From positions 1 to 29,789 of the forward strand of contig JAFGQG010000049.1 of the NCBI GenBank assembly GCA_016935765.1: a stretch of DNA of 29,789 bases. Reading direction: 5' to 3'. Of the stretch, positions 16,693-23,084 are shown one piece after another (positions within the stretch are counted from its first letter, which is position 1; each line of letters opens with the position of its first letter). A model generated the notes under the pieces. The model searched no databases. It was given only the letters and a program-made list of their open reading frames with translations, and was not told the DNA's origin. A program made the position numbers and the translations under genes. This DNA comes from a bacterium. Lineage in GTDB: Bacteria; UBP14; UBA6098; JAFGQG01.

Positions 16693-18753
16693 ATGACAAA
16701 ATACTTCATTAAACAGCCTGAAGCATTAATTATCTTTTTACTTCTGACGGTTTTCTTTTCAGCCAGCGTCTTTGCAATAAACCGTACAGAACCGATTGTT
16801 GTTTACGATGACGGTGAGGAAATAGAACTGGTAACTCCCCCTGTATCTATGGAAAGCAAGCTGAACGAGATTGAGAGAAGTAGTATAAATACCAATGAAA
16901 TAAATATATGGGTATTTTTTACTGATAAGGGCATATTTACTAAAGAAAATTATATTGACAAAAAATCAGAAACATGGTATAACTTATCAGAACGCAACAT
17001 GATCAGGCGGAGAAGGCTCGGTTATGACAAGGTCAATTTCACGGATATCCCGATACCTGGGAGCTATATTGAAGAAATAACGGGGCAGGGCGCAAACTTA
17101 AGGTATTCATCAAGATGGCTGAATGCTGCTACCTTTGAGATCGACCCTTCGATACTCCGCGACATCGCTGACCTCCCTTTCGTCAGGGATATCAGGAGCG
17201 TGAAAGTTAGCAGACAAATACTTGACAAACCACAGCGAAAAGTGAAGAAATATAAGGAGGGGTACGATGATAGCAACGTATATGGTGGGTCATATTACCA
17301 GCTATCAATAATGGGAGTTCCAGAGCTTCACCAGGCAAATCTGCACGGAGAAGGGGTGCTCATCGGTATATTCGATACTGGGTTCCTTACATCGCATAAC
17401 GCGTTCGACAGCATAAACATCATCTATACGTGGGATTATATCCAGGGGGATACAGTAGTCGATAACGAGGAGGGTGATGCGTATAATCAGCACAACCACG
17501 GGACAAACACACTGGGGACGCTTGCCGGGTTCTTTGAAGGCGAGCTGGTAGGTCCGGCATACAAAGCGGACATTGCTATCTTCAAAACGGAACAGGTCGA
17601 TGCCGAAACGGTCTGGCAGGAGGAAGACAGGTGGGTGCGTGCGATAGAGAAAGCTGAAAGCCTCGGTGTGGATATCATCTCCAGTTCTCTGGGATACGGA
17701 ACATCTGATGGGGACGATGGATACACATACATGGACATGGATGGGAATACCGCGCTGACTACCATCGCTGCGGATATCGCGGCCTCGAAGAATGTGCTGG
17801 TAGTAACCGCAGCAGGGAATGAGAGACGAAACTTCTGGCATTACATTATTGCGCCCGGTGATGGCGACAGCGTCCTGACAGCCGGCGCTATGGATTCTGC
17901 CGGTACTTATGCAGCGTTTTCCTCACCAGGACCAACTTACGATGGCAGGATCAAACCCGACCTTTCAGCACTCGGAATGAACGTTGTCTGCGCCTCCCCC
18001 GAGGACACTAACGCTATTACCCGCTCGAACGGGACTTCGTTCGCGACCCCTCTTCTCGCTGGAACCGCCGCGCTCGTCCTCCAGCACAGCTTCAGCTCCG
18101 ACACGCTCACCGCCATGGAACTGCTCGATACGCTAAAATCGACCGCCGACCAGTGGTACGAACCCGATAACGACTTCGGCTGGGGAAGACCGCATTGCCT
18201 TCTCGCGACAGGGAACGCGGGGGGAGTATATGGCATCGTTAAAGACGCATCGAACGGTTTGCCCATGGAAGAAGTAGCAATCCACTTCCACTCAGATACA
18301 CTCTACGGTCAGAAGTACACCGATGAGAGGGGCAGGTTCCTCATACCTGTCGAAAATCCGGGCTTATACACATTTTGTTTCTCGATGCCGGGGTATTCGC
18401 CAGCAACCAGGACGGTGACAGTAACCCGGAACGAAAAGGTGGAATTCCACATAGATATGGCAGTACCTGTGGATGAGAAGATATTCATATATCCCAATCC
18501 ATTCTCCGACAGCCTGGTGGTGGGGGTTTACCCTGACAGTGTCGATACGATACCGCAGGATGATCTCTCGATGTGGGTGTGGAACGCCGCCGGGCAGTTA
18601 GTATTCGAAAAGCACGTGGACATTCAGTACGTGAACCCATACATCTGGCGAACGAAGACGGGCTCGGGCAGGAAACTGGGAAGCGGGATCTACATTATTT
18701 ATGCGGAATACAACAAGTTCACGAGGAAAGAGAAAATCGCGTTGATAAGGTGA
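16693..18753 (+). CDS. Secreted subtilisin-family (S8) serine protease with CarbopepD_reg-like domain and T9SS type-A C-terminal sorting domain
   Basis: Signal peptide. Catalytic triad contexts VLIGIFDTGF (Asp), HGTNTLGTLAG (His) and GTSFATPLLAGTAALV (Ser). GIVKDASNGLPMEEVAIHF looks like a carboxypeptidase-regulatory-like beta-sandwich. The last ~90 aa (IFIYPNPFSDSLVVGV...GIYIIYAEYNKFTRKEKIALIR) match the T9SS C-terminal domain pattern, YPNPF at the start and a basic residue-rich end. Confidence 0.9.
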   Translation: MTKYFIKQPEALIIFLLLTVFFSASVFAINRTEPIVVYDDGEEIELVTPPVSMESKLNEIERSSINTNEINIWVFFTDKGIFTKENYIDKKSETWYNLSERNMIRRRRLGYDKVNFTDIPIPGSYIEEITGQGANLRYSSRWLNAATFEIDPSILRDIADLPFVRDIRSVKVSRQILDKPQRKVKKYKEGYDDSNVYGGSYYQLSIMGVPELHQANLHGEGVLIGIFDTGFLTSHNAFDSINIIYTWDYIQGDTVVDNEEGDAYNQHNHGTNTLGTLAGFFEGELVGPAYKADIAIFKTEQVDAETVWQEEDRWVRAIEKAESLGVDIISSSLGYGTSDGDDGYTYMDMDGNTALTTIAADIAASKNVLVVTAAGNERRNFWHYIIAPGDGDSVLTAGAMDSAGTYAAFSSPGPTYDGRIKPDLSALGMNVVCASPEDTNAITRSNGTSFATPLLAGTAALVLQHSFSSDTLTAMELLDTLKSTADQWYEPDNDFGWGRPHCLLATGNAGGVYGIVKDASNGLPMEEVAIHFHSDTLYGQKYTDERGRFLIPVENPGLYTFCFSMPGYSPATRTVTVTRNEKVEFHIDMAVPVDEKIFIYPNPFSDSLVVGVYPDSVDTIPQDDLSMWVWNAAGQLVFEKHVDIQYVNPYIWRTKTGSGRKLGSGIYIIYAEYNKFTRKEKIALIR

Positions 18754-18865
18754 ATCTAATATTAGGATTAACCACAGGGGCACAGAGACACAGAGAAAAA
18801 ACCAATTTACAAAAACGAAATAAATAAATCACAAAAAACAAATAAAACTACCTCGTCAATTGTGT

Positions 18866-18887
18866 AACCAGCAGTAGCTGGTTTTTA
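18866..18887 (+). terminator. Rho-independent terminator-like hairpin (AACCAGC-AGTA-GCTGGTT + TTTTT) inside a 35-nt element that recurs at 29501..29534
   Basis: 7-bp stem, 4-nt loop, then a T5 run, ~110 nt downstream of the S8 protease stop. Confidence 0.55.
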
Positions 18888-18986
18888 GGCAATCTCATCA
18901 AGTAAACTTAAAGGAAAAACAAGAAATACCTGTGGTTTGATAATAAATAATATTGGAAATAGTGATTTAATCGAGGGTGATCAAAA

Positions 18987-19649
18987 ATGAACATTAAACG
19001 AGCATTTATTTATATCTTCGAAGACAAGCAGTGGTTTGGGAAGTTCATCATCGGGATGCTCCTGTGCCTTGTCCCTTTTATCGGTTGGTGGATCATTCTC
19101 GGATATCTTGCTGATATACTCCAGAGAATAATTAAGGGGGCTGATATTCCCCTGCCTGAGTGGGATGAAATAGGCACTAAATTCGTTAAGGGTTTTCTCC
19201 TTGCGGTGGGATTATTCGCCTATTCGATACCCGGTGTTATTCTTTCCTTTATCCCGTGTTTTGGTAATTTGCTGTCCACGTTATATTATATAGGTCTTGG
19301 TCTATACCTCCCCTGGATTTACTTAACTTATTCACAGGAGGAGAATCTTGGCTCTATATTTAATTTTGAGAAGGGATTCAGTTTTATGAAGGACAATTTT
19401 ATAAATGTACTTATCATATTCATTTTAAAAAATATCCTGGGTTTATGTGTAGCTATAGTCTGCGCAGTGCCTGGAATAATTGCAGTAGTACTATTCGTAA
19501 AGGAATTCTGGGTATTCGGGATACTGTTCGGGTTAGCAACATTAGTTCTTGGAATTGCGGGTTCGGTTTATTTGTATCTGGTTAGCATGCGATTGTATGG
19601 GGAGGTTTATTTCCAATACATCAAAAAAACTGAATCAGGAGCTATTTAA
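18987..19649 (+). CDS. Integral membrane protein, DUF4013-like (tentative)
   Basis: 220 aa with 4-5 predicted TM helices. The N-terminus FIYIFEDKQWFGKFIIGMLLCLVPFIGWWIILGYLADILQRIIKGADIPLPEWDEIG resembles the DUF4013 N-terminal pattern. That assignment is from memory only. Confidence 0.5.
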   Translation: MNIKRAFIYIFEDKQWFGKFIIGMLLCLVPFIGWWIILGYLADILQRIIKGADIPLPEWDEIGTKFVKGFLLAVGLFAYSIPGVILSFIPCFGNLLSTLYYIGLGLYLPWIYLTYSQEENLGSIFNFEKGFSFMKDNFINVLIIFILKNILGLCVAIVCAVPGIIAVVLFVKEFWVFGILFGLATLVLGIAGSVYLYLVSMRLYGEVYFQYIKKTESGAI

Positions 19650-19784
19650 AATCTGCCTGGAAATATTTGAAAATTTTATGGGTTTAATCAAATTCTATAA
19701 TATTTCATCCCCAAAGGGATTCTCGTTTATTTATTCTATCAGCAGGGATGCAACCCACTCGAACGGGGTTTGACCCTTGACTGC

Positions 19785-20111
19785 TCAGGGCTCAAATACA
19801 TTATTTGCATAGGTATCTTTAGAGATTACACCCTCTTTTCTCATATTACCTGGCTTTGACATTTGTTCAAGGAGGATTTTGCGCCAATCTTCTCCATTAG
19901 GCATAGTATTGTCGAACCTTTTAGCTATTCGGCGAAAAATATTTTCAAGCCCATTATAGAACGAGTGAAGAAACATCGACAACGAACTTAATTCTATGAA
20001 ATCTGGTGTCTGAATTCTGACTTTTTCCAGTAAATCACTGTATTTACTGAACAATTCATCAATTCTTCCAAGCTCAAATGTGATTTCATCAACCAGTTCT
20101 TTATGCTTCAT
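19785..20111 (-). CDS. HEPN-like (HI0074/DUF86-type nucleotidyltransferase substrate-binding protein family) toxin partner of the adjacent MNT
   Basis: The ORF track extends to 20183, but Met at 20111 (MKHKELVDEITFELGRIDELF...) overlaps the upstream MNT stop by 11 nt. ~108 aa, all-helical, with an ENIFRRIAKRFD segment. The MNT-then-HEPN gene order is that of HepT/MntA-type modules. Confidence 0.65.
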   Translation of the reverse strand: MKHKELVDEITFELGRIDELFSKYSDLLEKVRIQTPDFIELSSLSMFLHSFYNGLENIFRRIAKRFDNTMPNGEDWRKILLEQMSKPGNMRKEGVISKDTYANNVFEP

Positions 20112-20391
20112 AAAGTCTGATACCTTCTTTCTTAATTTTCTCTTCAAAATCAGTCGAAATATAATCCAAAGCAACCAAATCAACTTTCTGTCCCACTATC
20201 GATGATATTTCCGCAACCGTTTTAAAATAAGACCTGGGTGAAATACCCCTTATTGCCAGATCAATATCAGAATTTTCAGTAACTGTCCCTTTCGCCATGG
20301 AACCAAACAGGATAATTTCTTTACACCCTATTGAAATAAGATAATCAGTAGCCTTTTTAATTTTTTTATCGATTTTCTTTACGTTTTCCAT
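20101..20391 (-). CDS. Minimal nucleotidyltransferase (MNT, Pol-beta superfamily), antitoxin-like
   Basis: 96 aa. IILFGSMAKGTVTENSDIDLAIRG is the canonical G[GS]x9-13 D x D motif, and a third acidic residue sits in VDLVALDY. Confidence 0.85.
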   Translation of the reverse strand: MENVKKIDKKIKKATDYLISIGCKEIILFGSMAKGTVTENSDIDLAIRGISPRSYFKTVAEISSIVGQKVDLVALDYISTDFEEKIKKEGIRLYEA

Positions 20392-20605
20392 TCTTTAACT
20401 ATCACTAAGCGTAAGGTTTTTAACAAAATTAGATCGTTTAAAACAATTTATAGTATAAATACAAATCTTGCAAGTAAAAAAGCGTGGTGAAACAACTGGT
20501 ACTAAGTTATTACAATTTTAGAAAGTCTTCTTTTTGACTTTGTTCAGGTTTTGGATATATTTCACTCTATGTTTTCCCTATCCCTTTTATCACCCGCTTC
20601 AAGAT

Positions 20606-21283
20606 TTATGGCTTTCCCGCGACTAAATACAGATCATCCTGATGAATATCGTCATGGACAACTTCACTAAATTTTATCTCAAAGCCGGCTGATTCCACAT
20701 CCGCCCTTATTCCCCCAGGTAAACCGATATACCGTCTTGCGATACCACCAACTACCAAGCACCTCGTATTCATGTCGAAGTTGGATTTGACGGATTCCTC
20801 CTTAGGATCCCCGCACATCGACATCAAAATGAATAATCCCCCCTCTTTCAGCACTCGATACGCTTCACGGAAGAACAGCTTTCTATCCTCCCCGATTATG
20901 CAATGGGAACATGCTATATCGGTTACTATATTGAAGCTTTCACTCGAAAACGGCAAGGAGTTAACGTTCCCCACGAGGAAATCAGCCTTTAACCTTTGGG
21001 AGACAGCTTTTTCTTTTGCCCATGATACTGCCGTCGGAGAGATATCGATACCGAACACTTCGAAGCCTTTTCCAGCGAGAGGCAAAGCAACACTGCCATC
21101 TCCACACCCTAACGCAAGCAGGTTTCCTGAAGCAGTCTTGGATTCCCGATTGAAAACAGAATTCAGGAACCGGAGAGCTGTTTGCGTATTCATCTCGTTT
21201 TCATCGCCTCCCCAACCGAGCGCGCTGCTCTCTCTCAACCGCCTGTAAATCTTGTCGTGTCCCGGGTAATCAGTTTTCCACAT
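20606..21283 (-). CDS. Class I SAM-dependent methyltransferase
   Basis: 225 aa. Motif I LLALGCGDGSVALPLA, acidic motif II FGIDISPTAV, motif III-like FNIVTD. Confidence 0.8.
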   Translation of the reverse strand: MWKTDYPGHDKIYRRLRESSALGWGGDENEMNTQTALRFLNSVFNRESKTASGNLLALGCGDGSVALPLAGKGFEVFGIDISPTAVSWAKEKAVSQRLKADFLVGNVNSLPFSSESFNIVTDIACSHCIIGEDRKLFFREAYRVLKEGGLFILMSMCGDPKEESVKSNFDMNTRCLVVGGIARRYIGLPGGIRADVESAGFEIKFSEVVHDDIHQDDLYLVAGKP

Positions 21284-21444
21284 TTTTAAACTCGTTCGTT
21301 TATTCTTCTCAACTTTTTTAAAATAAATCTCTTTCCTCGATGGAAGTAAATTAATATATTCAAAAGCTGTAAATAGAATTTATTTCATCAATTTCAATGT
21401 AAGATACAGACCTTAAGCAAACAAGAAAAAAAGTACTAAGTATT

Positions 21445-21915
21445 ATGCCCGACTCACCATATAGAACAAGAAACTTCTTTGCCGATCACTGGCTTTTACT
21501 TGCGAACGGGGTTTTTACGCTCCTTTTAGTCCTGATAATTCTCGCCCCATACCTGAGTTCTGCAGGTTCTAAGCTTTCGGGGCTTATCTACTATCTTTTC
21601 AAACCCACCTGTCACCAGGAACCAGCGAGGTCATATTTTATATTTGGGAAACAACTCCCTGTATGTGCAAGGTGTACAGGGATTTACGTAGGCATGTTCA
21701 TAGGCGGCATTCTTTTTGCCATCTTTAGAAAAAAGGTGAGAAAACCGCTTCCATTGATCGCTTTTATCATACTGATTCTTCCGCTGTGGATCGATGGCTT
21801 AGGTCAGACATTCAAATTCTGGAACACTGGAAACCTCTTCAGAACTCTGACTGGATTGGTATGCAGTATCGCGGTTGTATTCTTTGTGTATCCGTATATT
21901 GATGAGAGAGTGTAG
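21445..21915 (+). CDS. DUF2085-like membrane protein
   Basis: 156 aa with 4 TM helices. CHQEPARSYFIFGKQLPVCARCTGIYVG is the DUF2085-type CHQ...R...CxRCTG motif. Confidence 0.6.
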   Translation: MPDSPYRTRNFFADHWLLLANGVFTLLLVLIILAPYLSSAGSKLSGLIYYLFKPTCHQEPARSYFIFGKQLPVCARCTGIYVGMFIGGILFAIFRKKVRKPLPLIAFIILILPLWIDGLGQTFKFWNTGNLFRTLTGLVCSIAVVFFVYPYIDERV

Positions 21916-22067
21916 GAGTTGAGGGTTAAAGGGGAAACATAAGCAATTAGTCAGTGGGCAATTAGCTGTTAGCAATTATCAATGAAAAGAAGGAAACACT
22001 GCAATTCTGAATAATCTTCGTCTCACTTGGTAGGGTACTGGTGAATGTTTTCATAGAAAACTTCTAA

Positions 22068-22088
22068 AACCAATTATATTAATTGGTT
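22068..22088. promoter_or_regulatory. Perfect 9-bp inverted repeat AACCAATTA-tat-TAATTGGTT (candidate operator)
   Basis: Read directly: AACCAATTA (22068-22076), spacer TAT, TAATTGGTT (22080-22088). It sits in the 520-bp non-coding leader upstream of the 22468 ORF. Confidence 0.5.
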
Positions 22089-22403
22089 AGATGTACCTGT
22101 ACCGCCTGGATGGGAAGGGGGAAACAAAAGCAATGAAAAACAAAAACATAGCACACGGATGACACGGATTGAGCGGATAATCACGGATAAAGAAAAAAAA
22201 TACAAAAACGCCACTAAAACACCAAAACACTAAATTACTCGAAAAGGACTTAAATCCTGAAAAACCATAATATACGCCAAACCATCGTAGATGGTTAATA
22301 ATTGTAGCATTAGAGTCTCTTATACAAACATCCTTGTATTAGGATGGATAGGTTTATGGCTATCTGCCAACCCGGGGAATAGGGATGACCTTGAAGATTA
22401 AGG

Positions 22404-22432
22404 TTGACTTTTTGTTCATTTTATACTAATTT
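22404..22432 (+). promoter_or_regulatory. Candidate sigma70-like promoter (TTGACT-17-TAATTT) for the 22468 ORF
   Basis: TTGACT at 22404-22409, a 17-nt spacer, then TAATTT. It lies ~36 nt upstream of ATG 22468. Sequence inspection only. Confidence 0.25.
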
Positions 22433-22467
22433 AATAATTGAAATATAACAAAACGGGGAATATCCTT

Positions 22468-22878
22468 ATGGGTATTAGTGAAGAAATAGAATTAAAAAAA
22501 ATTCTATCACAGGCTGAAAAGGATTTATTAAAAGCTGAAAAGCACTTTGACGCAAGCAGATACGACCTCGCATGTCATCTTTCAGAGAAGGCTGTAGAGG
22601 AAATCATCAAGGGATTTCTAAAATCCGAAGGTATTGCATTCTTTACCAACCAACCTTTGCCAACGCTTTTTCAGAAAGCATCCACAGCGGATAAGAGATT
22701 TTCTTCGATGGAAACCTTCGCTTTCACCTTCGAGCAATTTCGAAAAAAAACTTCTACAGAAAAACCCGAAAAAAATGATAGTGAGAGAGAGAGTTCTACA
22801 AAAACCGAAGCAATGAACGTTATCAACTTTGCGCACAAGATAATCGGGTTAGTTAAGCAAATATTAAAAGAGTATTAA
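22468..22878 (+). CDS. HEPN-like helical protein (PF05168-type), hypothetical
   Basis: The ORF track starts at 22438. Met 22468 (MGISEEIELKK...) gives 136 aa. The N-terminal half SQAEKDLLKAEKHFDASRYDLACHLSEKAVEEIIKGFLKSEGIAF resembles the first two helices of HEPN domains. I could not find a clear Rx4-6H motif, hence the low confidence. Confidence 0.4.
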   Translation: MGISEEIELKKILSQAEKDLLKAEKHFDASRYDLACHLSEKAVEEIIKGFLKSEGIAFFTNQPLPTLFQKASTADKRFSSMETFAFTFEQFRKKTSTEKPEKNDSERESSTKTEAMNVINFAHKIIGLVKQILKEY

Positions 22879-23084
22879 TTCATCCAAAATAACCTTTCAA
22901 ATATTTGGGTTTTCGATAATAAAAACAGGTTGTATGGGGTAATCATGACGGTGTCATCAATATGGAACTGAAACTATATTACGGTGGGACCAATCCAAAA
23001 CAAAAATTTTTCTTTATTTTTTGTAAAAAATTATTATAATAACAGATAGCGAAAAGAAACTTAATTATAAAACCAAAACCAATT

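Noticed and set aside
20772-21248. ORF 20772..21248 (+) and other antisense ORFs inside annotated genes (e.g. 14053..14592, 17305..17841, 24351..24776, 10804..11136)
   Set aside because: They are antisense to CDSs with strong motif support and have no independent signals.
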